Positions 10,933-21,276 of a stretch of DNA of 64,000 nt are shown one piece after another; within the stretch, counting starts at the first letter, position 1; each line of letters opens with the position of its first letter. Made by a program: the position numbers and the translations under genes. The DNA comes from Desulfurococcaceae archaeon (lineage in GTDB: Archaea; Thermoproteota; Thermoprotei_A; Sulfolobales; Desulfurococcaceae): assembly GCA_038824035.1 (NCBI GenBank), contig JAWBBW010000001.1, positions 32,001 through 96,000 of the forward strand, read 5' to 3'. Under the pieces are notes generated by a model. It made no database searches. It was not told the origin of the DNA and saw only the letters and a list, made by a program, of their open reading frames with translations.

Positions 10933-12579
10933 ATGGCCAAGCACTGGATCGATGAATTAGCCGATGCCCTTTACGAGAAACTGCTGAAAAGAGGAAAAGA
11001 GATTTACGTGTTCAACGGGGGTTTATCGGTATCTGGGCTTCAACATGTGGGTAGATTACGAGGCGAGATAATAATAACGGAGACCCTTCGAAAGATATTA
11101 AGCGCGAGAGGTCTTAGGATAAAACAATACCTCACGCTATATACACAGGATGCTTGGAAAGGCAAGGAATCGCAACTAAGTGTCTTCGAAAAACCAGATG
11201 AAGCATATAAGTACAAGGGCTGGCCATTGATAAGGGTCCCAGATCCAAAGGGCTGTCATAAAAACTGGGTAGATCATTACTGGGAGGATTTTGGCCCATT
11301 CATCAAAGACTTCACAGATGGCGAAATAGAGGTGATCACGACCACTGAGCTGTATAATACAAGGTTAAAGGAATTTGTCAATATAACATTCGAGAAACGG
11401 AGAGAAGTAGTCAAGACCGTTAACAAGTATAGGGGTAGAAAGCCATATAGCGATGACTGGATACCGTTTGAGCCAATTTGTCAGAACTGTGGTAGAATAG
11501 ACACGACAGAGGCGATTAGGATTATAGACAAGGAGACAGTGGAGTATGTTTGCCAAAACTGTGGATTCCGCGGAGAAGCCAAGATCTCTGATGGGAAATT
11601 AATGTGGAGAATAGAATGGGTAGGTGTTTGGTGGGCGTTGAACGTGGATTTCGAACCATATGGAAAGGACCACGCGATGCCAGGTGGCAGTAGAGATAGT
11701 TGCGTAGACTTGGCTATCAATGTCTACGGTATACAGCCCCCAGAGGGATTACCCTATGAATGGGTAGAACTGAGGACGCCAGAGGGTAAATTAGCCGATA
11801 TGGGGAGTAGCGATTTCATAGGGTTCACGCCCAGAGATTGGATCGAAGTAGCCCACCCTCATGTGTATAGGTTTATGGTGTTGAAGACACCGCCTATGAA
11901 GAAATATAATGTGGGGCTTCACGAAATCCCACAGTACTATAACCTATACTTCAAGGCAGAGAGGATCTATTATGGATTGGAAAAAGCGAAGGACGATGAA
12001 GAGGAGGTTTTGATGAAGAGGAGCTATGAACTTAGCTATCCAAGAGGAGGGCCTCCACGTGAAATGCCAGAGCAAGTGTCATATACGCATATAGCCATAT
12101 TGGCTCAGATATTATCGCCAGATAAATGGGGCAATGAAGCATTGTCGCGATTGAGAATTAGCGGCCACATATCAGATCACCCGACTCAATACGGTGTTCG
12201 CAGGATCTTGGAGATGTTGCCGAAATCGTATAAATGGGTTGAAAAATATTCACCCCCTGATATGAGGTTTAAGCTAAATACCTATGAGGAGACAGCGTTA
12301 TTCGCCAAGAAAATACCTGGCGATTTCAAGGAGATATTAGTGAAAATATATGAAAACCTAGCTGGTTTATCTGAGTGGAGAGAGGATAATATAAAGAACG
12401 CCTTAATGGATATAACTAAGAACATGGATTCCACCACTGTCAAGAAATTCTATGAATACTTCTACACAATATTTGTTGGAAAAACATATGGACCTAGAAT
12501 AGCCCCGTTCCTAGCCCTTCTCAACAAGGAAGAGGTCCTCAGATACATAAAAACAGCCTTGGAAAACATGACTTATTGA
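10933..12579 (+). CDS. lysS: lysine--tRNA ligase, class I
   Basis: HWIDE start, SGLQHVGRLRGE, two CxxC zinc motifs, FEPYGKDH, GPRIAPF. Confidence 0.93.
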   Translation: MAKHWIDELADALYEKLLKRGKEIYVFNGGLSVSGLQHVGRLRGEIIITETLRKILSARGLRIKQYLTLYTQDAWKGKESQLSVFEKPDEAYKYKGWPLIRVPDPKGCHKNWVDHYWEDFGPFIKDFTDGEIEVITTTELYNTRLKEFVNITFEKRREVVKTVNKYRGRKPYSDDWIPFEPICQNCGRIDTTEAIRIIDKETVEYVCQNCGFRGEAKISDGKLMWRIEWVGVWWALNVDFEPYGKDHAMPGGSRDSCVDLAINVYGIQPPEGLPYEWVELRTPEGKLADMGSSDFIGFTPRDWIEVAHPHVYRFMVLKTPPMKKYNVGLHEIPQYYNLYFKAERIYYGLEKAKDDEEEVLMKRSYELSYPRGGPPREMPEQVSYTHIAILAQILSPDKWGNEALSRLRISGHISDHPTQYGVRRILEMLPKSYKWVEKYSPPDMRFKLNTYEETALFAKKIPGDFKEILVKIYENLAGLSEWREDNIKNALMDITKNMDSTTVKKFYEYFYTIFVGKTYGPRIAPFLALLNKEEVLRYIKTALENMTY

Positions 12580-12610
12580 TGTTCTGCATTTCTACGAGGA
12601 TGTCCTGGCC

Positions 12611-13357
12611 ATGGATGTCTCAGTGATCTTGCCAACATATAATGAGAGAGAGAACATAACTAAATTGATACCTATGATAGCGGAGGTGTTGAGAAATTAC
12701 AGATATGAAATAATAGTTGTAGATGACAATAGCCCTGATGGCACAGCTGAAATCGCGTTAAAATTGGCTGAGAAATACCCAGTGAAAGTGATTAAACGCC
12801 CATCTAAGCTTGGATTAACCTCGGCGATTTACGAGGGGATATCGAATTCCTCGGGGAAGTACATAGTAATTATGGATGCCGATCTACAACATCCACCAGA
12901 GGTTATACCATCTTTGATCATGGGTTTGGAACGATGCGATCTCGTTGTCGCATCTAGATATGTAAAGGGAGGTATGGTCACGGGTTTCCCTATCCATAGG
13001 AGACTGATATCCAGGGTCTCGATATTGTTGACCCACATACTCGTTGAAAGAACAAGAGCGGTTAAAGACCCTGTTAGCGGGTTTTTCTCCATCAGGAGAG
13101 AACACGCCCTTAAATGGAAACCATTGGTCCCAACAGGGTATAAGGCCCTAGTGGAGATCATCGGTTCATTGATTGATCTGAGCATATGTGAGGAGCCATA
13201 CGTATTCAGAGCAAGGCCTGGTGGTAGATCAAAGTTGTCGTTAAAAGTGATCCTTGCATACATTGTAACACTAGCCAAGTTGAGGCCTCTTCGCTTCGCT
13301 ATGCTGTGTTTATTAGCAATAATATTAATAGCAGTGATCCTATATATTTCACTATAG
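12611..13357 (+). CDS. GT2 polyprenol-phosphate mannosyltransferase-like
   Basis: VILPTYNE, VVDDNSPDGT, MDADLQHPP, DPVSGFF, C-terminal transmembrane helix. Confidence 0.88.
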   Translation: MDVSVILPTYNERENITKLIPMIAEVLRNYRYEIIVVDDNSPDGTAEIALKLAEKYPVKVIKRPSKLGLTSAIYEGISNSSGKYIVIMDADLQHPPEVIPSLIMGLERCDLVVASRYVKGGMVTGFPIHRRLISRVSILLTHILVERTRAVKDPVSGFFSIRREHALKWKPLVPTGYKALVEIIGSLIDLSICEEPYVFRARPGGRSKLSLKVILAYIVTLAKLRPLRFAMLCLLAIILIAVILYISL

Positions 13358-13425
13358 TTTTTAAACCACCTCTGTATAGAATAGAATGGCCTTATGCATG
13401 GATTACACTATTACAGCCTCAGTGA

Positions 13426-16400
13426 ATGGCGATCTATATGAACGAAGAGTGGAGCCTATCTGGGAAATATAATCCACATCAGGTCGAGGAGAAGGTTTTG
13501 AGATTCTGGGATGAGATCAAATTATATGAAATGATTAAGGCAAGGAATGCGCTGGGTAAAATGCAATTTAACTTCGTGGATGGCCCTCCCTACCCATCTG
13601 GTGACGTGCCACATCTAGGTACAGCGTGGAACAAGATATTAAAGGACATGGTGTTGCGATATTGGAGAATGAAAAACTACAAAGTATTTGATAAACCGGG
13701 TTATGATTGCCATGGATTACCAATAGAGGTTAAGGTTGAACAGAAGCTAGGGATAAGAACTAAGAGAGAGATAGAGGAGAAAATAGGTATCGAGAGATTT
13801 ATAGAAGAGTGCAAGAAACTCGCATTGACAAATCTACAAGCCATGACGAAGTGGTTTAAGGAATTAGGAATCCTAATGGACTGGGATGACCCGTATCTAA
13901 CCCTCAGAGACCAATACATCGAGGCAGAGTGGTGGTTGGTTAAGAGAGCGGATGAACTGGGATTACTGGAACAAGAGCAAAGAGTTGTATACTGGTGTCC
14001 CAGGTGCTCTACAACGCTTGCCGAGTATGAAGTGGAATACCATGAATTAGAGGATCCAAGTATTTACGTAAAGCTAAGGGTTAAGGGCCTCGAGGACACC
14101 TACCTGGTGATCTGGACGACGACGCCATGGACATTGCCGGCGAACATGTTTGTGATGATTAATCCAAATGAGCCATATGTCAAGGTCAAGGTTGGTAACG
14201 AGACATGGATCTTGGCCAAACAGAGAATATACAGTGTTATGAAGGAGTGTAATATTGATAGATACGAGATATTGGAGGAACTGCCCGGGTCAGAGCTAAT
14301 TGGTTATGCATATGAACACCCGCTCGAAGACCTGGTGCCTCTTCAAAGAGAACTATCAAAATACCACGTGGCGTATCCAGCCCCAGAATATGTATCCATG
14401 TATGAGGGCTCTGGAATAGTGCATGCCGCGCCTGGGCACGGTTTTGAGGATTTCGAGATCGCCAAGAGGTATAGGATAGATCTGATCGCGTGCCCTGTCG
14501 ACGAAGAGGGGAAATTCACAAAGGAAACCGGTAAGTACAGTGGAATGTATGTTAGGGATGCTAATGAGCATATAATAAGTGATCTCAGGGAGAGGAAAGC
14601 ACTCATATGGGCTGGTTCAATCAAGCATAAATACCCTGTTTGTTGGAGATGTAAGACGCCCGTAATACTCAGGGCGACAACTCAGTGGATCATAAGGATC
14701 AGTAAGTTGAAAAACAAGATCGCTGAAGAAGTTAGGAAAGTGGATTGGATCCCTCCATGGGCGCTGGATAGGATAATGAACATGATAGAAAATCTGCAAG
14801 ACTGGGTGATATCTCGTCAGAGATATTGGGGGACTCCATTACCAATATGGCTGTGTCCGAATGGCCATAAAGTGGTGATAGGTCGTTCAAGTGAATTGGA
14901 GAAACTAGGTGGATTTAAACCAAGAGAGCTTCATAGGCCGTGGATAGATCAGGTCGTTTTAAAGTGCCCAATATGTGGACATCAAATGAGGCGTGTACCC
15001 GATGTAATGGATGTGTGGTTTGATAGCGGGGTTGCGTTTTATGCTTCCAAGGGTCATCCCGATGAACTGGGCTCGAGTGATATCGTGATGGATTTCATAA
15101 CGGAGGGCCATGACCAGACACGTGGATGGTTTTTCTCATTGTTAAGAGCCGGCGTATTAGGATTCAATATCGCCCCCTATAAGGTTGTGCTTGTCCACGG
15201 CTTTATGCTCGATGAACAAGGCAGAGAGATGCATAAAAGCCTGGGGAACTACGTTGGAACAGATGAGGCTATATCAGCTATTGGAAGAGACCCATTGCGA
15301 TTATGGCTCGCTAGCAACACTGTATGGGAGGATGCCAAGTTCTCGTGGAGAGAGTTAAAGGAAACAATAAGAGATCTCGATATATTATGGAACACGGCTG
15401 TGTTTGCACATACATATATGTCCCTTGATAATTTCAACGCAGAAAACTATGCATTAAAGGATTACGTAAACTACCTGAGACCTGAAGACAGATGGATTAT
15501 GAGTAGGATCAACGCTTTGATCAGCAAAGTAGACAAATACATGTCCCGATACGAGATACATGAAGCGGTTAGATCCATAAGGGAGTTTTTCGTGGAAGAC
15601 CTAAGTCACTGGTATATAAGGATTGTGAGGCCAAGAGTATGGGTCGAGGAAAATGTACCGGACAAGATTGTTGTCTACATAGTTCTCCACTATATCCTGG
15701 ATAGACTAGTGAGGCTTCTCGCGCTTGTAACACCGTTCATAGCCGAGTACATTTATCAAGCAATGTTCCGTAAATACCATAGCGAATACAGCGTTAACTT
15801 ATTGCAGCTCCCAGAGGTGGATGAGCAATTCATAGATACGGAGTTGGAGAATAAAATGATGGTTGTGAGAGAAATATATCAGGCAACATCCAGGGCTAGG
15901 TCAAAGCTAAGACTCAAGTTAAGACAACCCATTAAAAGGCTCTTGGTTTATACAGATGACCAGCTCGTGATCGACGCTATCACGTCACTCATAGAGGTCA
16001 TTAGGCAAATAACCAACGCTAAAGAGGTCTCAGTGATGAGGACGGCCATGATCTCCGATATAATAAGGTATAAGGCAGAACCGCTTCACAGGGTTATTGG
16101 ACCTAAGTACAGGGATTTAGCGAAAAGCGTGATAGAATATATTGAAAGGAATAGTGAGAGCATTGCAAGGGATATATTGGAAAAGGGAGTTCACAGATTC
16201 GTGATCGACGGCGAGGAGATAACATTGACGCGTAACGAGGTGAACATAGTTCCATATTACATGGAGGGCTATAGTGTGGAGGAGTGTAAATGGGGCGCTG
16301 TAGCCATAGATACAAGACTGGGGCCGGATGAGATAGCCGAGGGATTAGCTAGGGATATCGTGAGGAGAATACAAGTGATGAGGAAAATCATGAACTTATC

Positions 16401-16608
16401 GCTCATGGCCAAGATAATAACACTGATCGTGGCGCCGGAGGATAAGCTCGAATTAGTGGATAAGATGAAAAACTATATCGCGGAAGAGACAAGGAGCAGT
16501 AAGATCATACTGACAAAGGATAAGAACATGGCTGGCACGTTGGGCGGATTAGTGGAGACATGGGAGATAGATGGAGATGAGTATATAATAGAGATAAAAG
16601 AGGTTTGA
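13426..16608 (+). CDS. ileS: isoleucine--tRNA ligase
   Basis: DGPPYP, HLGT, GYDCHGLPIE, WTTTPWTLP, DWVISRQRYWG, EGHDQTRGWF, EMHKS. Confidence 0.96.
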   Translation: MAIYMNEEWSLSGKYNPHQVEEKVLRFWDEIKLYEMIKARNALGKMQFNFVDGPPYPSGDVPHLGTAWNKILKDMVLRYWRMKNYKVFDKPGYDCHGLPIEVKVEQKLGIRTKREIEEKIGIERFIEECKKLALTNLQAMTKWFKELGILMDWDDPYLTLRDQYIEAEWWLVKRADELGLLEQEQRVVYWCPRCSTTLAEYEVEYHELEDPSIYVKLRVKGLEDTYLVIWTTTPWTLPANMFVMINPNEPYVKVKVGNETWILAKQRIYSVMKECNIDRYEILEELPGSELIGYAYEHPLEDLVPLQRELSKYHVAYPAPEYVSMYEGSGIVHAAPGHGFEDFEIAKRYRIDLIACPVDEEGKFTKETGKYSGMYVRDANEHIISDLRERKALIWAGSIKHKYPVCWRCKTPVILRATTQWIIRISKLKNKIAEEVRKVDWIPPWALDRIMNMIENLQDWVISRQRYWGTPLPIWLCPNGHKVVIGRSSELEKLGGFKPRELHRPWIDQVVLKCPICGHQMRRVPDVMDVWFDSGVAFYASKGHPDELGSSDIVMDFITEGHDQTRGWFFSLLRAGVLGFNIAPYKVVLVHGFMLDEQGREMHKSLGNYVGTDEAISAIGRDPLRLWLASNTVWEDAKFSWRELKETIRDLDILWNTAVFAHTYMSLDNFNAENYALKDYVNYLRPEDRWIMSRINALISKVDKYMSRYEIHEAVRSIREFFVEDLSHWYIRIVRPRVWVEENVPDKIVVYIVLHYILDRLVRLLALVTPFIAEYIYQAMFRKYHSEYSVNLLQLPEVDEQFIDTELENKMMVVREIYQATSRARSKLRLKLRQPIKRLLVYTDDQLVIDAITSLIEVIRQITNAKEVSVMRTAMISDIIRYKAEPLHRVIGPKYRDLAKSVIEYIERNSESIARDILEKGVHRFVIDGEEITLTRNEVNIVPYYMEGYSVEECKWGAVAIDTRLGPDEIAEGLARDIVRRIQVMRKIMNLSLMAKIITLIVAPEDKLELVDKMKNYIAEETRSSKIILTKDKNMAGTLGGLVETWEIDGDEYIIEIKEV

Positions 16609-16613
16609 ATATT

Positions 16614-16633
16614 TCGATCAATGAATTGATCGA
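16614..16633. repeat. 9-bp inverted repeat just after ileS
   Basis: TCGATCAAT-GA-ATTGATCGA in the gap between convergent ileS and rad50. Function unknown. Confidence 0.5.
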
Positions 16634-16814
16634 GGAAGCAGGGGCTTTAAAATAGCCGTATACCATATCAACAAGATCGCATGACAATGGTGATCCCAGT
16701 AGTGGGCATATCTCGGCGTGAATGTTAAAAATCAGGGATGTATTCATTGCTTTAATGGTGTTAGGATAAATAGAGGAATAATTGAAGGCTCTCTGGGCTA
16801 TTCCCTGGGCACTT

Positions 16815-19289
16815 TTACACTTGGGATTTATCTTTTTTAGAGAAATCAAGTATATTTTTCTTCGCGGATTCCGAGATTATCCTGATCTCTGATCTAAACC
16901 CCCTCGTGGATATATCTGTCACTTGTTCTTGAACGTTCTTTGACCTTATAACCCCTCTTAGCACATCCTCAATGACTCTTCTATATTCATCGAAATCCAC
17001 ATTCTCTATTAAACACTCCTCGTAAGAAATTATTGTCTCGTGGTTCCTCTGATCTAAGCGGAGACGTATCTTGCAATCGCCGGCTTCGATCAAGCTATCA
17101 TCGTGTGTCACGATGATCACTTGTCCCTCCAATCTTCCTATCTCCCTTAAAACACTCTTCAATCTATCAACAAGCTCTCTGCTAAAACCAGTAGTTGGCT
17201 CATCGAGTATGAGGACAGCTTTTTTCAACATCGGGGAATATTGTCTCACAGTAGCGTTCAGGGCCAATCTATATGCAAGGCTAATTGCTATGTCCTGTCC
17301 CCCGCTCGGAGATCTGAGGTCATATGTTCTCTCACCTATCCTGATCCTGGGCATTACCGAGAGATCGTCGCCTATCACCACCTCTATTGGTTGATCGGGT
17401 ATTAGCAATGCTAGGAAATTGTAGAAAAACCCCCTGAAAGTTTCCAACATGATCTTAGATATCTCTTTCTCAACTATATCAACCACATTATTGATCTTAG
17501 CTAGTATGTCCCTTAGCCTATGTAATTTCTTGGCCTGTTTCTCAAGGTTTTCAAGTGATTTTTCCAACTCCACGATGGATAAGAGTTTATTCTCAAGCAC
17601 TTTGATATCGGCACTAATGCTATAATATTCCCTGGATAATCTCTCTATTTCCTTTCTAATAACATTGATCTCCTGATTCACTTTTTCCAATTCTCCCTCG
17701 ATCTCCACTTTAGATCTTTCAATGTCCTTTAACCTGTTCTCAACGCTTTTAAGGGATTCGAGTTCTTCCAACGCTTTCCTCAACTTATCCAACATTACCT
17801 CGGCTTTATCGAGTTGTCCCTTTCTCTCTTTAAGCAAATTACTTCTCTTGCTTAATTCCCATATTTCGTCCTCAACGACATTTCTCCTTTTCCTGAGATC
17901 ATTGATACGTCCTCTCAACGACTCGATCTCATGTTGTACATCTTTCAGCGCCTTCGAAAGGCTTTCATATTCATTGTCAAATTGTTTTAACCTAGTTTCA
18001 ATATCTTCCATCTCCCTTGTTATCTCGTTTATCAAGGCATATCCATGTTCATGTGTGATTGGTTGTTTACAGACGGGGCATTTGCCGATGGCTATTAGCT
18101 CGTTGACCTCCTTGAGGTCTCTTTTCTTCTCATCTAGGCGTGCTGACCAGTAACTTATATCTCTTTGCTTACTCATCAACATATCTCTAAACCGTTTCTC
18201 CTCTCTCTCTTTTTCAGAGAGCGTTGATTCCAATTCGTTCATTTCCTTATCAATCATCGCCAATTCTTCTCTCAACTTGGTTATTTTAGACTCGATCTCC
18301 TGTTCCTCTCTGTTGATCCTCTCTCTCAGATTACTCAGATCATGTGGGCTCAGTTCAACGAGATCACCCAGTTTGCTCAATTCTTTTTTAATCCTTTCGA
18401 TCTCTTCGTTTATTTCAACTCTCTTCTGGATAAGTGCTTTTAACTCTGATTCCATATCCCTGTATTTATCGCGATCGCTTTCGAGTTCCTCCCTTCTATT
18501 TTCTAATTCAGATAGTCTGTTCTCCAGTGCGATTATCTCGTTTTTTATCGAGGACAATTTTTTCTCTAACTCGTTTTTCTCTCTGTTGATCTTTTCTTTA
18601 TCCAATTGTATTAATTGTTGTCGATAAATTTCTATCTTGTTATCGATACTGCTGATCTCCTTGTTCAACGCCTTGCTGATCAATTTTTCATAATTCCTTC
18701 TGAACTCTCTATATCTCTCTAATCCCAGCGCTCTCTCGATGATCTCTCTTCTTTTCTCGCTATCCAACATGAGTATTTCGTGTACATTGAACTGGGGGGC
18801 GTAGAGTACATTGGTGAATAACAGTGGTTTTCCTTTCTCTACTTCTCTTATTTTCAATATCTCCCGTATTCTCCTATCCATCTCCTCCTTGGAACTGTAT
18901 GGTTCATATCTCTTCAATTTGATCTCTTCGCCCTCGATCTCATATATCTCTATCCTGCCTCCACGCGACTCTATCCTATCACCTACTCGTACAATTGTTC
19001 TCTCGATTAGATATAACCTATCCGCCTGGATCAATAGTCTGACCTTTCCATAATTGCTCCCAGCTCTTAACAGATCTTCTCCAGTTGGATACGCGAATGC
19101 TTCGAATACCTCGTTCCCATGCCACGATCTGGGCACAAGCCCTAGTAAAGCGAAACTTATCGCCATCAGTATACTGGTCTTGCCACTACCACTTGCTCCA
19201 TGAATGGCTATAACGCCCTTGTTGGGGAACACTATTACGCTATTTCTATAGCTCCTGATGTTCTCTAGGTATATGCCCAGGATCCTCAT
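16815..19289 (-). CDS. rad50: DNA double-strand break repair ATPase Rad50
   Basis: Walker A GASGSGKT, long coiled coil with CPVC zinc hook, PSGGQ signature, LILDEPT, VTHD. Confidence 0.93.
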   Translation of the reverse strand: MRILGIYLENIRSYRNSVIVFPNKGVIAIHGASGSGKTSILMAISFALLGLVPRSWHGNEVFEAFAYPTGEDLLRAGSNYGKVRLLIQADRLYLIERTIVRVGDRIESRGGRIEIYEIEGEEIKLKRYEPYSSKEEMDRRIREILKIREVEKGKPLLFTNVLYAPQFNVHEILMLDSEKRREIIERALGLERYREFRRNYEKLISKALNKEISSIDNKIEIYRQQLIQLDKEKINREKNELEKKLSSIKNEIIALENRLSELENRREELESDRDKYRDMESELKALIQKRVEINEEIERIKKELSKLGDLVELSPHDLSNLRERINREEQEIESKITKLREELAMIDKEMNELESTLSEKEREEKRFRDMLMSKQRDISYWSARLDEKKRDLKEVNELIAIGKCPVCKQPITHEHGYALINEITREMEDIETRLKQFDNEYESLSKALKDVQHEIESLRGRINDLRKRRNVVEDEIWELSKRSNLLKERKGQLDKAEVMLDKLRKALEELESLKSVENRLKDIERSKVEIEGELEKVNQEINVIRKEIERLSREYYSISADIKVLENKLLSIVELEKSLENLEKQAKKLHRLRDILAKINNVVDIVEKEISKIMLETFRGFFYNFLALLIPDQPIEVVIGDDLSVMPRIRIGERTYDLRSPSGGQDIAISLAYRLALNATVRQYSPMLKKAVLILDEPTTGFSRELVDRLKSVLREIGRLEGQVIIVTHDDSLIEAGDCKIRLRLDQRNHETIISYEECLIENVDFDEYRRVIEDVLRGVIRSKNVQEQVTDISTRGFRSEIRIISESAKKNILDFSKKDKSQV

Positions 19290-21272
19290 TTAACCCGCCA
19301 TGTCCATTAGTAATTTGGCCACATCTCCCTTTATCTTGCCTAGCTCCTTTCTCCTATTCCTAATGGCCATGATGTTGTCTGCGTACTCGAACCAAGCAGG
19401 TATATATATTGGCACAGGCTCCTTGATCGGCAGATCAGGTGTATATAAATAGCCCTCTCTATCGCCGAGATATGGTAGCGTCTCCACAGGTATACCGATG
19501 TCCCTGAAGAACTCTATATCACTCCTACTCCTCGTTCTCAACACTATGTATGTGTTGAAATTAGCCAGTAATTGCTTCTCGATAATAGTGGCTAATTGTG
19601 TTATGGCAATTAAGCCTATTTTGAATTTCCTGCCCTCTCTCGCTATCCTCGCGAACACGTTATATGGGCTTGTAACTTTATCAGGGCTGAGGTATAAAGG
19701 CGCCTCTTCCGAGACTATGCCTATTGTGAAACTACGTGAAGACTCCTCCACTCCTTTTTCAAGTCTGTTTTCAAATAATCTCCTAGTTATCGTCAAGTTG
19801 GCTAGGTCTGCTTGCACGTTGTCTATCCTGGAGACATCTATTACAACGATATCCCCTTTCTCAACCCATTCAATAACGCTATCTATGCTGAGCCCAGTGT
19901 AACCCGGTATTTCCAATTCCTCGCATATAACTTTCCATTGATAATTGGCTGTACTCACATTGAATGCCTTTCCCAATTTCTCTACGAATAATGAGAGGAA
20001 ACAAGCCAGGCCATCAGGGTCTTTCAATAAAGGAGATGTCTTAACAACACTCAACGAGTCGTCTATGATATATATGGGTTTATTACTACTTGTTCTCTCA
20101 AGTTTTATTCTCCAATTCAGTTTCAGTAAAACAAGTCTCCTTAAAACCCTTGAGATCCTCGCATCTATCCCCCTATCAACGAGGATCCTGTGAAGTCCTT
20201 TTTTATAATCCCTTTGTTCGCCTACGCCCTCATACCTGATCACGTTATCGACTAGTATAGGTATTAATGCTATGGCGTTGGCTGTGGCCTCATCATTCCG
20301 TGTTATGAATAAACCAGCGTTTTTAATCTTCCCATCTTTCTCTAGTTCTTTAATCACGTGGATCACTATTGAGAGAAATTCATCCATTTCGCTGATCCTC
20401 TCGAGGCTGATGTCGCCAAGCCCGGCAAAGTCCTGGAAAAGCACACTACTAGCATCTAGTGCTGTTTCATATAGCCTGAAACACCCATGTTCACTAGCCA
20501 TTATATCCCTGTCCCTCCTGGCTGTGACAAACCTAATAGATTTTATCTCAACATCGTGTATGTATTGATTCGAGCCTATGGCCTCCAGTAAATAACCTAT
20601 GAAACTATCCGGCGTAAACCCCGCTTCTGGGACGTATTCTCCGTGCCTATCTATGATCAGCCATCCCATCTTCTCGGTGGACTCTAATGCGTATTTGAGC
20701 AAGATCCCTTGAATTCCACTGGTTTTACCAGAACCCGTTTGCCCAGCAACGAGCACATGTTTGCTCAATATACGTGGAAGGTCTAGCCTAAATGTTGCAT
20801 CGGGGAAATGCTTCTCCCTTGCCAACTCCTTGTTATGAGCAACACCAGATCTCAGTATCGCCACTGCCACACCTTTTTCACTAGTTCTTGTCCCTATCTC
20901 TCTCATTATATTTTTCGCGTCATCATCGCTATTCGTCAATAGATATATAGGTGTCATAAAGGATGGGGGCTTAGAGGCCTTTGTGAGCACTTTCTCGTTC
21001 GCGTTAACGGGGATCAACTCTAGGAATAGGCTTGCCTGGATCACGACATTTCTCTGGAATTTCATTAACTCTGGTTGTTGAAGAGGTTCTATGCTTCGAA
21101 CGCTTATCGGTAAAAAGCCCTCGAAGCCAACTACATTCATTATAATCACTCTGCCATTTCTCTCAATTGTATACAGTAGATCGCCATAGGATGGGGTATA
21201 ATTGTCATTGGTGACAGCGATAAGCGCTCTATCGTTTGACCATCCATATGTTAACCCTATTCTAACAGGCAT
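19290..21272 (-). CDS. herA: HerA helicase/translocase
   Basis: HVLVAGQTGSGKT, IIDRHGEY, RIAREGRKF, and position in the mre11/rad50 operon. Confidence 0.88.
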   Translation of the reverse strand: MPVRIGLTYGWSNDRALIAVTNDNYTPSYGDLLYTIERNGRVIIMNVVGFEGFLPISVRSIEPLQQPELMKFQRNVVIQASLFLELIPVNANEKVLTKASKPPSFMTPIYLLTNSDDDAKNIMREIGTRTSEKGVAVAILRSGVAHNKELAREKHFPDATFRLDLPRILSKHVLVAGQTGSGKTSGIQGILLKYALESTEKMGWLIIDRHGEYVPEAGFTPDSFIGYLLEAIGSNQYIHDVEIKSIRFVTARRDRDIMASEHGCFRLYETALDASSVLFQDFAGLGDISLERISEMDEFLSIVIHVIKELEKDGKIKNAGLFITRNDEATANAIALIPILVDNVIRYEGVGEQRDYKKGLHRILVDRGIDARISRVLRRLVLLKLNWRIKLERTSSNKPIYIIDDSLSVVKTSPLLKDPDGLACFLSLFVEKLGKAFNVSTANYQWKVICEELEIPGYTGLSIDSVIEWVEKGDIVVIDVSRIDNVQADLANLTITRRLFENRLEKGVEESSRSFTIGIVSEEAPLYLSPDKVTSPYNVFARIAREGRKFKIGLIAITQLATIIEKQLLANFNTYIVLRTRSRSDIEFFRDIGIPVETLPYLGDREGYLYTPDLPIKEPVPIYIPAWFEYADNIMAIRNRRKELGKIKGDVAKLLMDMAG

Positions 21273-21276
21273 GTGC

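Noticed and set aside
10933-16608. Non-canonical KMSKS/HIGH variants in LysRS (DMGSS) and IleRS (HLGT, EMHKS)
   Set aside because: I recall these as ordinary for crenarchaeal orthologues.
16505-16849. 114-aa ORF bridging ileS and rad50
   Set aside because: It overlaps both genes and has no recognisable motif.
17500-18760. CT-rich low-complexity DNA
   Set aside because: Explained by Glu/Lys/Arg codons of the Rad50 coiled coil on the minus strand.
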